This document shows positions 1-10,950 of a stretch of DNA of 64,000 bases, in pieces (within the stretch, counting starts at the first letter, position 1; every line of letters starts with the position of its first letter). The notes beneath the pieces were generated by a model that was not told where the DNA came from, did not search any database, and saw only the letters and a program-made list of their open reading frames with translations. This stretch comes from Lentisphaeria bacterium (GTDB lineage Bacteria; Verrucomicrobiota; Lentisphaeria; Victivallales; UBA1829), in the NCBI GenBank assembly GCA_003526375.1, contig DPDG01000062.1, positions 24,568 to 88,567 of the forward strand. Reading direction: 5' to 3'. A program made the translations under genes and the position numbers.

Positions 1-1190
1 TTCAAACAATCAGAACAGGGATCAGGACAGCAGGAGCCTGCGGCAGTCTGCTGGAGGATCTCCGGCAAGATATCCTCAGCAACCGCCTGTCGGTCGGAAA
101 GCCGATTCTTCCTGAAACGGAGCTGGCGGCCCATTACAAGATCAGCAGGAACACTGTTCGCCGCGCCCTGGATCATTTGGTGAAGGAAGGACTTCTGCGC
201 AAGATCAAAGGTGTCGGCTCTTTCGTCGTCCCTCCCGAAGAACGGAGTGCGCATCCGGACAGGAAGCTTGCGCAGAGGCAGATTCTTTTTCTCTCCTTTG
301 CCACGGCGTCCTCCGAAGACGTTTTCCGGAGCGACAATAGTTTTCTGCCGAAATTCAACGGCATCAACAGGGTTCTTCTGCCGCACGGATACAATCTGCT
401 CTTCGCCTATGTAGGGTTGGACTGGACTCCGCCTCCCTGCCTCATCAACAACGACATCGGCGGAATCATCTTCTACGGTCCGCTTGTTCCTGAATTCTGG
501 AAGCGGTATATCGCTCCCCGTCCGCATGTCGGAATCCAGTTCATTGATCCGTTGCTTCCCGGAAACTGGGTCAAACCGGATTATGAAAGTCTGGGGGTGC
601 TTGCGGTCGAACATCTGCACTCCCTCGGACACCGCAGGATTGCATTCGTCACCAATGAGATGGAGATGCAGTATTCGGAGGACCGGATGACAGGTTATCT
701 CCAGGGGCTGAAGCGTTTCGGCCTGCCGGTGCGGGAGGAATATCTGATCGCATGGCAGCGGGAAAAGGTCAATGGAATTCTGCAAGGGGAGGATATTTCT
801 TCAACGCAGGATTACATACCTTACCTTGAAAGAGCCTTTCAGGGTAAGGCGGAACCGCCGAGCGCATTCATCTGCATGGACGACTGGCGCGCCGTCTGTA
901 CCATAAGGGCGCTGGAAAAACTGGGATTGCGCGTTCCATCGGACGTCAGCGTGATCGGGACATTCAATGATTATCAGTCGCCGTATGCCGATCTGGATTG
1001 CCATATTACAAGTTTTTCCTGCCGGATGTCCGATGTCTGCTCCGAAGCGGCGCAGTGCCTTCTGGAACAGATTGCCGGTTCCTCCCGAAACTGTTTCCGG
1101 ACAATTTCGGTGAGACCGGAGTTTTTTCCGGGAAAAACAACTGCGCCGCCGAATCGGATATGGAACAAAACGGAAACATCAAAACAATGA
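1..1190 (+). CDS. GntR-type HTH regulator fused to a LacI/periplasmic-binding-protein-like sensor domain (5' end probably outside the window)
   Basis: The frame is open from nt 3. Nt 3-230 translate to ...LPETELAAHYKISRNTVRRALDHLVKEGLLRKIKGVGSFV, a GntR winged helix. The rest (HRRIAFVTNEM, SAFICMDDWRAVCTIRALEKLGLRVPSDVSVIGTFND) looks like a LacI-type effector domain. Confidence 0.8.
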   Translation, partial: QTIRTGIRTAGACGSLLEDLRQDILSNRLSVGKPILPETELAAHYKISRNTVRRALDHLVKEGLLRKIKGVGSFVVPPEERSAHPDRKLAQRQILFLSFATASSEDVFRSDNSFLPKFNGINRVLLPHGYNLLFAYVGLDWTPPPCLINNDIGGIIFYGPLVPEFWKRYIAPRPHVGIQFIDPLLPGNWVKPDYESLGVLAVEHLHSLGHRRIAFVTNEMEMQYSEDRMTGYLQGLKRFGLPVREEYLIAWQREKVNGILQGEDISSTQDYIPYLERAFQGKAEPPSAFICMDDWRAVCTIRALEKLGLRVPSDVSVIGTFNDYQSPYADLDCHITSFSCRMSDVCSEAAQCLLEQIAGSSRNCFRTISVRPEFFPGKTTAPPNRIWNKTETSKQ

Positions 1191-1202
1191 CAGGAGGGAA
1201 AA

Positions 1203-1889
1203 ATGCCGGAAAACAAAACAGGGGGGAAAAAAACATTGTTCACACTGATAGAGCTTCTCATCGTCATCTCAATCATCGCCGTCCTGGCGGCAATGATCTT
1301 GCCGGCACTGAATCTGGTCAGGGAAAAATCAAGATCAATTTCGTGTCTGAGCAGCTTGAAACAACTCGGAACATCATCTTTCATCTATTCAGAAGACTTC
1401 AAGGGCTGGATGCCGCGTGCTTATGAATCTTCATCCAATCTTTTTTACGCCCAGCGCCTGATTCAGGAAAAGTACCTGCCGAACACGAAAGTAATGGTTT
1501 GCCCCAGTTTCATGCCATACAGGTTCAATGGCAATTACGGCATGACTTACGGCGCCCGCTCCCGTTATGACACCAATATCTTCCGCAATCCGGTCATCTT
1601 ATATGCCGGAGGAATAGAATATGCACAGGTAAGTCCTGCCCTTTATCCGATTTATCTTGATTCCGTCCGCCAGACGGGTTCTTCTTTAGCTCAGCATTAT
1701 CATCTGACCGGAGGAACCAGTTACGTTTCAACAGACGGCGGGGTTGCAAATGCAGCTCATGCAGCCAAACGCGTCAACATGACTTTCGCAGACGGACATG
1801 CGGCTGCACTTGATGAAGGCGGAATGAAGGCAAGCAAAGTCCGTTATTATTTCAATCGCAAAAATATGAAAATGGTCACAACCTATTAA
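1203..1889 (+). CDS. Prepilin-type N-terminal motif protein of the H-X9-DG / DUF1559-like class
   Basis: AGGAGGG RBS upstream. N-terminus [28 protein letters not shown], then [11 protein letters not shown]-terminal ...[14 protein letters not shown] resembles the H-X9-DG signature. Confidence 0.8.
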   Translation: MPENKTGGKKTLFTLIELLIVISIIAVLAAMILPALNLVREKSRSISCLSSLKQLGTSSFIYSEDFKGWMPRAYESSSNLFYAQRLIQEKYLPNTKVMVCPSFMPYRFNGNYGMTYGARSRYDTNIFRNPVILYAGGIEYAQVSPALYPIYLDSVRQTGSSLAQHYHLTGGTSYVSTDGGVANAAHAAKRVNMTFADGHAAALDEGGMKASKVRYYFNRKNMKMVTTY

Positions 1890-1904
1890 GGAGCCGTCAA
1901 AATC

Positions 1905-4892
1905 ATGAAAAAGTTTCTGTTTTCAGCCGCAATTTCGACTGTATTTGCATTTTCCGCCGCATCCGCAGAAATATTTCATTTCAATTTTTCTGAAGCATCA
2001 GGCAAACAACAGTATCCGGCTGCCCGGGGCAGCTTCCGCTGTGTCGCAGACAACGGAACGACCTTGAAAGTTCAGAACGGGGCATTACGCATCGCGCCGG
2101 CTGCCAATATTTATATTGAAGGCAATTTCCCTGAACTTAAGCGGGAATTGACGATTTCCCTCTGGTTTCTGAGACGCGGCAAGGCATGGGACAATCCTCT
2201 GCTGATGCGCGGCTATCATAACGGGAAGATAGATTTCCTTCTCCAATGCCGCTGGATCTTTCCGTCTTTCAGCTACAAGGATCCTGCGAACCCCGGACAT
2301 TGGGAAGGCTTGTATGTAACAGGTCCGATTCCACGCGACATGAGCTACGGACGCAAAGAATGGCGCCTGACTGCTGACCACGCCCGCCCGGATCAATGGA
2401 ATCTGCTCCAGGTGACGTTCAAAGACGGGGAAACCAAAATCTACCTGAACGGGATTCTGAACTGCCGCAATGTCAGCTCGTGCAAAACGTTGACCAGCAG
2501 TTCGCCGCGGTTGTACATCGGTTCGGAACGCCTTTCACCGCACAGCAAACTCGGCTACCTGACAGGCGATATGCTGATCAATGACATCCATTTATTCGAC
2601 CGGGCGCTTGAAGCGGGGGAACTGGAAGAGCTCCGACGCCGGGAACAGGCAAAGTACAGCTCCGGAAAAATCATGCTGGCAGACTGCAATGCCTATCCTC
2701 CGGCCCCCGGCTATGATCCGGAATTTAAACGGAAACTCAAACTCACGGCAGAATATGAGAAAAAGATCCTGCCGGATCTTTCCGGCGCCGTCCGCAAAGG
2801 CGGTGCCGATGCAAAAATCCACATGCATAACGGCGCTCCGGTTCTTGAAATCGGCGGCAGGCTTTACTTTCCGCTCCAGCTTTCCCCCGCATCGAAACGC
2901 GGAATGGAGAAACTGACATGCAATATCCGTGATTTTGCAGCGGCGGGAGTCGATTTGGTCAATCTTGCCGTGAATCCTGAAAAATGCTGGAAAGGCGCGG
3001 GAAAGTATGATTTCTCCGCGATTGACGCATCCATGCAGGCGACTGTCGCCGGAAATCCCGAGGCGCGGGTTATGGTATGGGCGCTTCTCCGTCCGCCCTC
3101 ATGGTTCAATCAGGCGTATCCGGATGAAATAGAAAAGAGTGTCATAGGTTCCAGGATCAGCAATAACATCGGCGGAGGCCCGCTGGGTTCCGATGTCTGG
3201 GAACGCCATGCGTCTGAATATCTTGCGGCGCTGGTCCGACATGTGGAAGCGTCCCCTTACGCAGACAGGGTGTTCGGGTATCTTCCCGGCGGCGGGGAAT
3301 CAGGCGAATGGTACTGGCCCGGAGGAGTTTACGGCATGGTTGTCGGTTTTTCAAAAGCAACGGCAAAGAGTTTCCGCGAATGGCTGAGACAGAAGTACCG
3401 GAATGACGTCAGCCTGTTGAGGAAAGCCTGGAACCGGAACGGCATTGACTTCGACAACGCCCGGGTTCCTTCACCTGAGTTACGGGACAAACTGGATGAA
3501 CCCGATTTTTTCATCGACAGGAAGCTGCGGCATGATATTTATGATTTCCGCCGTTATATGTGCACAAGAACCATTGATGCGATTCGCCGCGCGGCAAAGA
3601 CGATCAAACAAAACTGCAACGGCAGAAAACTGGTCTTTCTCTATAATGGATACAGCTTTTCAGCAACCCCCAAAAAACTTTACAACAGCGGACTCCTGAT
3701 TACGGAACAGGTTCTGAACACGCCGGAGATTGATGTTATCGTCACCCCGATCACCTACAACGAACGCAGAGGCGGTCAATATGGCGGCTGCGTTAATCCC
3801 TGGGCGGCATCTGCAATACTTCATGGAAAAATGCCATGGCAGGAAGACGACCTGCGCACTCACTTCTGTTTCACCGCAACGGACGGACGCAGTGAAAGCG
3901 CAGCGGAAACAGCGGAAATCTTCAAACGCGATACCGGGCTTGCCCTGACAAAAAATCTTGGAAACTGGTGGCTGCTTTTTGAACCGGACTGGTGCCATGA
4001 CGAACTGACGATGAACACTGTTGCACGCTCCCGGAAGGCTGTCAATGAGGCTCTGAACCATAACCGGAAGACAGTTGCGCAGGTTGCCTTCATTTGGGAC
4101 GAGGAAAGCCTTCTTGAGCTGAACCGTGTCAAAGGCAGCTTCATCTCCGATCATGCGCAGCAGGCATATCGCGGCTCCTTCCAGATGGGAGCTCCGGCAG
4201 ACTTTTATCTGTCCGGCGATCTTAGCCATCCGCAAATGCCCGATTACCGGCTCTACATCTTCCTGAACTGTTACAGAACCGATAAAACACTGAGAAAAAA
4301 TATTGAAGCGAAAGTAAAACGGAACAATGCAGTTGCAGTCTGGTGTTATGCACCGGGATACATCACGGAAACAGGGCGTAATGTCAATGCGATGAAGACG
4401 CTGACCGGAATTGAACTCAGGGAACTTCCCGGAAAACATCAGGCGAAACTGAAAATCACGGACCGGAACCATCCAATCACAAGATATGCGTCCAACGCCG
4501 GGACGACCTATCTTGCGGCGCCCGCATTTGCCGTCAATGATCCCGGAGCACGGATACTGGGCGAGGTCAACGGCATGCCTGCTCTGGCGGTAAAAGAACA
4601 TTCCGACTGGCGTTCCGTTTATTCCCTGATGCCGTTGAGCAAGGAACTCCTGACCGGGTTATGCGATTATGCGGGAGTCCATGTTTATGCACGGGATTTC
4701 GATATACTCAGCGTCAATGCGGGATATCTTATGCTCCATGCAGTCTCCACCGGACGCACCCGGATCACATTGCCGGGACATTATGACGTGACAGAAATCT
4801 ATTCCGGAATGCGGCATGCAGAGAATGCCCGCAGTTTTTCCTGCCGCATGGATGCCGGAACCACTAAAATATTCAAACTGGAGAAAAAATGA
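1905..4892 (+). CDS. Secreted 995-aa protein: N-terminal LamG/concanavalin-like domain plus a TIM-barrel glycoside-hydrolase-like region (GH42-like impression)
   Basis: Signal peptide MKKFLFSAAISTVFAFSAASA. LamG-like strand pattern (LTISLWF..., ETKIYLNGIL, LINDIHLFDRAL). Downstream DFAAAGVDLVNLAVNPEKCW... is GH-like. The exact family cannot be assigned by eye. Confidence 0.6.
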   Translation: MKKFLFSAAISTVFAFSAASAEIFHFNFSEASGKQQYPAARGSFRCVADNGTTLKVQNGALRIAPAANIYIEGNFPELKRELTISLWFLRRGKAWDNPLLMRGYHNGKIDFLLQCRWIFPSFSYKDPANPGHWEGLYVTGPIPRDMSYGRKEWRLTADHARPDQWNLLQVTFKDGETKIYLNGILNCRNVSSCKTLTSSSPRLYIGSERLSPHSKLGYLTGDMLINDIHLFDRALEAGELEELRRREQAKYSSGKIMLADCNAYPPAPGYDPEFKRKLKLTAEYEKKILPDLSGAVRKGGADAKIHMHNGAPVLEIGGRLYFPLQLSPASKRGMEKLTCNIRDFAAAGVDLVNLAVNPEKCWKGAGKYDFSAIDASMQATVAGNPEARVMVWALLRPPSWFNQAYPDEIEKSVIGSRISNNIGGGPLGSDVWERHASEYLAALVRHVEASPYADRVFGYLPGGGESGEWYWPGGVYGMVVGFSKATAKSFREWLRQKYRNDVSLLRKAWNRNGIDFDNARVPSPELRDKLDEPDFFIDRKLRHDIYDFRRYMCTRTIDAIRRAAKTIKQNCNGRKLVFLYNGYSFSATPKKLYNSGLLITEQVLNTPEIDVIVTPITYNERRGGQYGGCVNPWAASAILHGKMPWQEDDLRTHFCFTATDGRSESAAETAEIFKRDTGLALTKNLGNWWLLFEPDWCHDELTMNTVARSRKAVNEALNHNRKTVAQVAFIWDEESLLELNRVKGSFISDHAQQAYRGSFQMGAPADFYLSGDLSHPQMPDYRLYIFLNCYRTDKTLRKNIEAKVKRNNAVAVWCYAPGYITETGRNVNAMKTLTGIELRELPGKHQAKLKITDRNHPITRYASNAGTTYLAAPAFAVNDPGARILGEVNGMPALAVKEHSDWRSVYSLMPLSKELLTGLCDYAGVHVYARDFDILSVNAGYLMLHAVSTGRTRITLPGHYDVTEIYSGMRHAENARSFSCRMDAGTTKIFKLEKK

Positions 4893-6133
4893 AAATCCAC
4901 TCATCAATTCTGTTGTCGCTTCTGACAATCGCTCTTGCCGCATCGGAAGCAAAATTAACAGTGAAAGCGTTATCTCCTGGCTGTTTCGACCTTGAGATGC
5001 CGTTTAACGGAGAATATAAACTGGTACAGGAACTGCGTCCCGGCAGAAATGGACAGTTGAATTTTCGCAGAACGACTCTGATGTCCCCAAAACGCTCCTA
5101 CCGTATCTTCTACCACAGTGACGATGTCGCCCCTTGGAAACTCAATGATGTCTATCTGGGAGGCAATCACGGCGAACCGCGTTGCAAACTGCTCACGTTC
5201 AAACAGCCGCATGGACTTGCAGCCGTCGATCGGGGAACGGAGTTTACCGATGAAGACGGAAAGAAATTTTACCTGTACCAGATACGCAGCGCAAAACAGG
5301 CGGTATTCATTCCCGAGAATCTCGGAAAAAAGGATCGCTGGTATTTCAGTTTCAGCAATCCCAAAGGCAGACTGCGCGGTAAAACACATACGCTTCATGA
5401 TTATTCCGTCTCTCTGCATCAGCTTTTTCCTGCGCTCCGTTTTGCGGAACGCCAATATCTTGCAGATGGAAAAAGCGTCTCGCCCGGCGAAAACATTCAG
5501 GCAAAAGTGTTTACCGTCAGAGAAGTCTCCGACATCATTGCGCCCGATGCGGTGCTGAATGAACTCCTGGATCATCCCGGCAGTGAAATAAGAGCAGATG
5601 CTCCCGGCCTGGATTCGGTTCTCACGCAGACAATTACTTACACATTCACACCCGATGGACGCTGTGTCATCGACCATCAGGCGGAAATGAAGCGTGAAGC
5701 ATATATCAGTGCAACCGGCTTTGTACAGGCCGCCAGACTGGACAGTTCCGGATACGCAACCCATCGTTTGATTATTGAAGGAGTCCTTCCTGTTGACGGC
5801 ATTGACTTTGCCGCCGGAATCGATTACAGCAGGAAACTCTCAAAAACCATTTACATCAAGAGGGAACACTGCAAAGTCCCAGGGCATTTCCCCGTTCGAT
5901 TCTTGCAGATTCTTGAAGGAAACGGAGCTCCGTCTCTCGGTTTCGCCATCGGATACATGACGGATGCGGGGCTTGGAATTCCGGCAGAACGTGCAAAGCA
6001 TACGGATACCGGGCTTTTTCTTTACCATCGCACCGGAAAAATCTATCCATGGGCAATTAACAGTAAACTCTTCAAACCAGGCGAGAAAATTCACTGCCGT
6101 ACCTACCGTCATTACTTTGTCCCGGAAAAATGA
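4889..6133 (+). CDS. Secreted hypothetical protein
   Basis: Its start overlaps the preceding stop (ATGA at 4889-4892). Signal peptide MKIHSSILLSLLTIALAAS. No recognisable motif. Confidence 0.6.
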   Translation: MKIHSSILLSLLTIALAASEAKLTVKALSPGCFDLEMPFNGEYKLVQELRPGRNGQLNFRRTTLMSPKRSYRIFYHSDDVAPWKLNDVYLGGNHGEPRCKLLTFKQPHGLAAVDRGTEFTDEDGKKFYLYQIRSAKQAVFIPENLGKKDRWYFSFSNPKGRLRGKTHTLHDYSVSLHQLFPALRFAERQYLADGKSVSPGENIQAKVFTVREVSDIIAPDAVLNELLDHPGSEIRADAPGLDSVLTQTITYTFTPDGRCVIDHQAEMKREAYISATGFVQAARLDSSGYATHRLIIEGVLPVDGIDFAAGIDYSRKLSKTIYIKREHCKVPGHFPVRFLQILEGNGAPSLGFAIGYMTDAGLGIPAERAKHTDTGLFLYHRTGKIYPWAINSKLFKPGEKIHCRTYRHYFVPEK

Positions 6134-6154
6134 CAGCAGGAGAGAATAATAAAA

Positions 6155-6200
6155 GACTTGAAGAACACGGAAGGCGGACTGCCTTGCGGTTCTTCAAGTC
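6155..6200. terminator. Bidirectional hairpin between convergent genes
   Basis: Perfect 12-bp inverted repeat: GACTTGAAGAAC (6155-6166) / GTTCTTCAAGTC (6189-6200). It lies between the stop at 6133 (+) and the glnS stop at 6217 (-). Confidence 0.6.
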
Positions 6201-6216
6201 ATGAGACGATCGCCGG

Positions 6217-7911
6217 TCAATTCTTTTTGGCTTCGATCTTCGCCCAGGAATCCTTCAGTTGGACAGTGCGGTTGAACACCGGTTTTTCTTCAAACTCATC
6301 CTTGCTGTCCACACAGAAATAACCGATCCGCTCAAACTGAAAACGATCCCCTTTCTTCGCTTCTTTCAGGGACGGCTCCATCATGGCGCCACGGACAATT
6401 TTCAGGGAATCGGGATTCAGGTAACTGCGGTAGTCCTCGCCCTCGGGAATATCTCCGACATTCTCAACCGTAAACAGACGGTCATACAATCTGACTTCCG
6501 TATTGAAGGCGTGTTTCGCGGAAACCCAGTGAATCGTTCCCTTGACCTTGCGTCCGTCGGGAGCATTGCCGCCCCTGGTCTCGGGATCGTAGGTGCAGTG
6601 AACCGCCGTGATCTCTCCGTTCCCGTCCCTGTCCACAGAGACGCATTTCACGAAATACGCATAACGGAGGCGCACTTCGGCTCCGGGAGCAAGACGGTAG
6701 AACTTCTTCGGCGCCTCCTCGCGGAAATCGTCGCGTTCAATATAAAGAACTTTCGAGAACGGGACTTTTCTGGTGCCGTCTTCCGGATTCTCCGGATTGT
6801 TGACCGCGTCCATCTCCTCGACCAGATCATCGGGATAATTGTCAAGAATCACCTTCAGCGGATTCATGACAACCATGACGCGCTTCGCGGTCTTGTTCAG
6901 ATTCTCGCGGATATAATATTCCAGCAGGGAGAGATCCGTGAGGCTGTTGTATTTCGTCACTCCGATTCCCTCGCAGAAAGCACGGATTGCCTCCGGCGGG
7001 ACACCGCGGCGGCGGAGACCGGAAATCGTCGGCATACGCGGATCATCCCAGCCGGACACATTGTGTTCCTTCACGAGTTCCAGCAGCTTGCGCTTGCTCA
7101 TGACCGTATTCGTCAGGTTCAGGCGAGCAAACTCAATCTGCTGCGGACGCGGCGCGGGAACCAGGCTCTCCAGAAGCCAGTCGTAGAACGGACGGTGAAT
7201 CTCGAACTCCAAAGTGCAGATCGAGTGGGTGATGTGTTCGATCGCATCCTCCAGCGGATGTGCGAAATCATACATCGGATAGATGCACCATTGATCGCCG
7301 CTTCTGTGATGGGACGTATGCCGGATACGGTAAATGACCGGATCGCGCATGTGAATGTTCGGAGACGCCATATCGATCTTGGCACGCAGAACTTTGGAAC
7401 CGTCTTCAAATTCCCCGGCGCGCATACGGGCAAACAGATCAAGGTTTTCTTCAACGGAACGGTTGCGGTAGGGACTCTCTTTTCCGGGAGCCGTCAATGT
7501 GCCGCGGTATTCGCGCATCTCGGTATCGGAAAGTTCGCAGACATACGCCTTGCCGAGCTTGATCAACTGAACGGCATACTCATAAAACTTCTCGAAATAA
7601 TCCGAAGCGAAGAACAGTTTGTCCTTCCAGTCCGCGCCGAGCCAGCGGACATCCTCCATGATGGACTCCACGTATTCGGTGTCCTCTTTGGTCGGATTCG
7701 TATCGTCGAAGCGGAGGTGGAACGTGCCGTTGTATTTCTGCGCGGTGCCGTAGTTCAGGCAGATCGACTTTGCATGGCCGATATGAAGGTATCCGTTCGG
7801 TTCCGGGGGGAAACGGGTTACGATCCTGCCGTCGGATTTGCCAGTCTTGATCTCCCCGTCGATCATCTCATGAATGAAATTGGATGCGGGAGCAGTTTCA
7901 TTGTCGCTCAT
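6217..7911 (-). CDS. glnS: Glutaminyl-tRNA synthetase
   Basis: Class I aaRS motifs HIGHAKS and VMSKRKL. N-terminus NFIHEMID...[14 protein letters not shown] and a 564-aa length are typical of GlnRS. Confidence 0.95.
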   Translation of the reverse strand: MSDNETAPASNFIHEMIDGEIKTGKSDGRIVTRFPPEPNGYLHIGHAKSICLNYGTAQKYNGTFHLRFDDTNPTKEDTEYVESIMEDVRWLGADWKDKLFFASDYFEKFYEYAVQLIKLGKAYVCELSDTEMREYRGTLTAPGKESPYRNRSVEENLDLFARMRAGEFEDGSKVLRAKIDMASPNIHMRDPVIYRIRHTSHHRSGDQWCIYPMYDFAHPLEDAIEHITHSICTLEFEIHRPFYDWLLESLVPAPRPQQIEFARLNLTNTVMSKRKLLELVKEHNVSGWDDPRMPTISGLRRRGVPPEAIRAFCEGIGVTKYNSLTDLSLLEYYIRENLNKTAKRVMVVMNPLKVILDNYPDDLVEEMDAVNNPENPEDGTRKVPFSKVLYIERDDFREEAPKKFYRLAPGAEVRLRYAYFVKCVSVDRDGNGEITAVHCTYDPETRGGNAPDGRKVKGTIHWVSAKHAFNTEVRLYDRLFTVENVGDIPEGEDYRSYLNPDSLKIVRGAMMEPSLKEAKKGDRFQFERIGYFCVDSKDEFEEKPVFNRTVQLKDSWAKIEAKKN

Positions 7912-7931
7912 ATCTAAAAAACTCCTGTCGT

Positions 7932-8954
7932 TTATTTCGCCGCCGATTTTTCAATTTTGACGCTGATGGACTCCGGATAAATACTCCGGATGTTCACGCC
8001 GTCACGGTCGGACCAGCATTTCACTGAAACATTATAAAGTCCCGGCTTGTCGAACCGGGAAATATCGACATACGGCTTCAAATCATCTTTGCGCATCGTT
8101 TCGATCAGGTTTTTCAAACCGCTGACCGTGATCTCGACATTCGGCGATGAGACAATCTCATATTCAAGATTCGTCCTGTCCGTCGAGGAAGCCAGCACAC
8201 GGACCGGCACCGCCGAAAAGCGCCTCTGCTCGTGGGAACGTATCACTTCGACCTGCGCCATCACGGTCAGCGGACTGACCGTCAACGCCTGACTCTTGTC
8301 CAGAGCCAGATCCACCATGTAATCGAAGTTCTGCGTAATGCCTCCCAGGGGAATCGGTTTGGTCTTGATGTCAGTGATCCCCCGCAGGATCGACGACGCC
8401 CCTTCGATCCTGACCATTTTCGGGTTCAGCGAAACTTTGCCGATGGCATAGCCGGACGGCAGTCCGGGCTTGGATTCAAAATCCGGAGTCACCTCTACCA
8501 TTTTGCTCACCAGCGGGTTGACGGCAAGATTGAACTTGCTCGGCGATACGGAAACGGGACTCGTGCCGAACGGAGTCTTGATGTCCCGCAGGGAAATCGT
8601 AAGCGGATAAATATTCGAGCCGCTTTTATAGAGAGAGGGGACCACCCTCACATCAATGGAAATGTCATTCTCCGTCACCCCCTGCGTCACCATCTTGCTG
8701 CCGTTCAGCTTGACCGTCACAAAACGCGGCGCGTCATCCATCAGCACCAGATTGTCCGGCATCGTGATCCGCACCGGCACATCTTTGATATAGACATGGG
8801 AATCGACCTTGTTCCTGACCGATCCGTAAATCAGCGTGGAAAGAAACAGTGCGGCAAGTTTCCGCCCGATGTTCTCTTTGAAAAACATCGGAACCCTGTC
8901 CCATACCCGCCTCCAGAAATTTCTACTTGATGACATCATGATCCTCCTCGTCAT
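7932..8954 (-). CDS. cdaR: YbbR-domain protein, CdaR-like regulator of diadenylate cyclase
   Basis: N-terminal TM segment followed by repeated beta-rich YbbR-like modules. It sits immediately downstream of cdaA and overlaps its end. The start may be at an internal Met (8939 or 8936). Confidence 0.75.
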   Translation of the reverse strand: MTRRIMMSSSRNFWRRVWDRVPMFFKENIGRKLAALFLSTLIYGSVRNKVDSHVYIKDVPVRITMPDNLVLMDDAPRFVTVKLNGSKMVTQGVTENDISIDVRVVPSLYKSGSNIYPLTISLRDIKTPFGTSPVSVSPSKFNLAVNPLVSKMVEVTPDFESKPGLPSGYAIGKVSLNPKMVRIEGASSILRGITDIKTKPIPLGGITQNFDYMVDLALDKSQALTVSPLTVMAQVEVIRSHEQRRFSAVPVRVLASSTDRTNLEYEIVSSPNVEITVSGLKNLIETMRKDDLKPYVDISRFDKPGLYNVSVKCWSDRDGVNIRSIYPESISVKIEKSAAK

Positions 8955-9807
8955 CCACGGAACTCAACGCAAGAGTCTTCTGATCGTCCAGATCGCTGAA
9001 TTTCTCGTAAATCGAACTGACCTGCTTCGGATCGATCAGCATCTTCTTCAGGAAAGCCAGCAGATCCGTCTCGGACAGATTGCGGATCAGGCGTCCGCGG
9101 TAAGCCACGCTGATGGTTCCCGTTTCCTCGGAGACAACCACGGCGACCGCGTCCGTCTCCTCCGTCACGCCGATTGCGGCGCGGTGACGTGTCCCGAAGT
9201 CACGGGTCCCGGTCTCATCCTGCGAAAGCGGCAGAATCGCGTGTGCGGCGGCGATAATGCCCTGCCGCACAATCACAGCACCGTCATGGAGCGGTGAATT
9301 CGGGTAGAAGATGGACTGCACCAGCAGGGAATTGATTTTGGTTTCCAGCGCAACGGCGCTGTTGATGATCGCCGCCATACCGATCTGGCGCTCGAAAATG
9401 ATCAGTGCGCCGCAGCGGCGGAACGACATCTGCATCACGGCGCTCACGATCTCCTCGATCGCCTCTTTCTGTTCAATCTTCTTATGCCGTCCGATATGAC
9501 TGCCGAGCTGTGCGAATGCGCGCCGGAGTTCCGGCTGGAAAATCACGATCATAGCCGTGGAGAAAACGGTCCACAGGTTTTCCAGAAGCCAGCCGAAGAC
9601 TTCCAGATTCAGCGTAAGGCTCAGGAAAGTCGTAAACAGCAGGATCATGATAATGCCGGCAAGCACGCTCACGGCACGGGTCCCGCGCAGGAAGTAAAGG
9701 ACAAAATAGATCATCACGGTGATGATCGCGAATTCCACTGCATTTTTCGCGTATCCCCATCCCTGAATAATCAGATTTGAAATATCGTTGATACTTTCCA
9801 TTCCCAT
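8923..9807 (-). CDS. cdaA: Diadenylate cyclase CdaA (c-di-AMP synthase)
   Basis: Three N-terminal TM helices plus a DAC domain (LHDGAVIV..., GTRHRAAIGVTEETDAVAVVVSEETGTISVA). Start chosen at MGMESIND (AAAGG motif about 12 nt upstream); the ORF is open up to 9861. Confidence 0.9.
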   Translation of the reverse strand: MGMESINDISNLIIQGWGYAKNAVEFAIITVMIYFVLYFLRGTRAVSVLAGIIMILLFTTFLSLTLNLEVFGWLLENLWTVFSTAMIVIFQPELRRAFAQLGSHIGRHKKIEQKEAIEEIVSAVMQMSFRRCGALIIFERQIGMAAIINSAVALETKINSLLVQSIFYPNSPLHDGAVIVRQGIIAAAHAILPLSQDETGTRDFGTRHRAAIGVTEETDAVAVVVSEETGTISVAYRGRLIRNLSETDLLAFLKKMLIDPKQVSSIYEKFSDLDDQKTLALSSVDDEEDHDVIK

Positions 9808-9951
9808 TTGCAAAACCGCCTTTATTGATGATACGTGAAGTAATATAAACGCGAAAATCAAAAATGCAGTTCAGATTCAGACTTTTTTACAAATATTTTA
9901 GCCGCAGGGCGCCACCGCTTTTTCCCCGGAATAAGAGAAACGAAGCCTTCT

Positions 9952-10950
9952 TCAATCGGGCAGAGCGACATCCACCAGTTCATCGGTAATGTCTTCCAAA
10001 GTCAGCAGCCCGGCGATTTTGCCGTCGCCGCCTTTGACGAAGATCATATGCGACTTCGCCCGGATCATCGTCTGCAACGCCTGAAGAAGCGTCACATCCG
10101 GGTTAATCAGAATCAGTTCACGCGCCATCGAGGTAAAGTCGGAAGATTTCTCGCCATGCGCCAGAGCGAATTTCTTATGATTGATCGTCCCGATGATCGA
10201 ATCGATGGAGTCCTCCGAACAGAGCGGATAACGGGTATTCGTCAGCACGCCGCCGAGACGCTTCTCGTTCTCCTCAAGGGATATGCCGTTGATGATGTAA
10301 CGAATTTTATCACGCGGAATCATGGCGGTCGTCGCGGGAGAGTGGCTCAGCCGGATCGCATTCACGATGATGTTCTCCTGCTCCATGCCGATCGCTTTTC
10401 CGGCGCGCGCCATGGATGCAAGCGTCAGGATATCGGCGCTTGTCACCTGCGATCCTTCGGATTTCGCTTTGAAAGGTTTCGTGAACCACTCCGTCAGCAG
10501 AATAACGGGATGCAGGATTTTCGTGGCATACTCCAGCGGAGCGGTCAGCAGCGGGGCGATGAAGCGGCAGTAACCGACACCTATGATCTTCGGGAGGATT
10601 TCGGTCCCGAAAAGAATCGCAACCGTCATGCCGAGAGAAAAAGTCCAAAGCCATTTTTCGCCGAACACTTTGATGAACGCAGCACTCGCCACCACGGAAC
10701 CGCCCGTATTGGCTACCGTATTCAGAATCAGGATCGCCGCGATGGGGCGCCCGATATTGCTTTTCATGCGTTTCCATGCGGCGATCACAGCCGGTGAAGT
10801 CCGATTCCGCCCCGATGCCAGCGAATTGACGTTGATGCTCAGCAGGACAGCCTCCGCCATGGAACAGAGGAAAGAAACGGACAGGACGATCACAACACTT
10901 AAAATAAGAAACAACATAATAAGAAAGCTCCCAGATTCTCTTTTTCTCAA
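9952..10950 (-). CDS. CNNM/CorC-family membrane protein (DUF21 + CBS pair)
   Basis: N-terminal DUF21-type TM region (AEAVLLSINVNSLAS...), then a CBS pair (MIPRDKIRYI..., GLLTLEDITDELV). Confidence 0.8.
   Translation of the reverse strand: MRKRESGSFLIMLFLILSVVIVLSVSFLCSMAEAVLLSINVNSLASGRNRTSPAVIAAWKRMKSNIGRPIAAILILNTVANTGGSVVASAAFIKVFGEKWLWTFSLGMTVAILFGTEILPKIIGVGYCRFIAPLLTAPLEYATKILHPVILLTEWFTKPFKAKSEGSQVTSADILTLASMARAGKAIGMEQENIIVNAIRLSHSPATTAMIPRDKIRYIINGISLEENEKRLGGVLTNTRYPLCSEDSIDSIIGTINHKKFALAHGEKSSDFTSMARELILINPDVTLLQALQTMIRAKSHMIFVKGGDGKIAGLLTLEDITDELVDVALPD

Noticed and set aside
6259-7917. 552-aa ORF on the plus strand
   Set aside because: It is exactly antisense to glnS, whose strand carries unmistakable HIGH and KMSKS-type motifs. 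The antisense translation is low-complexity (R/L/V/G-rich) with no motif.
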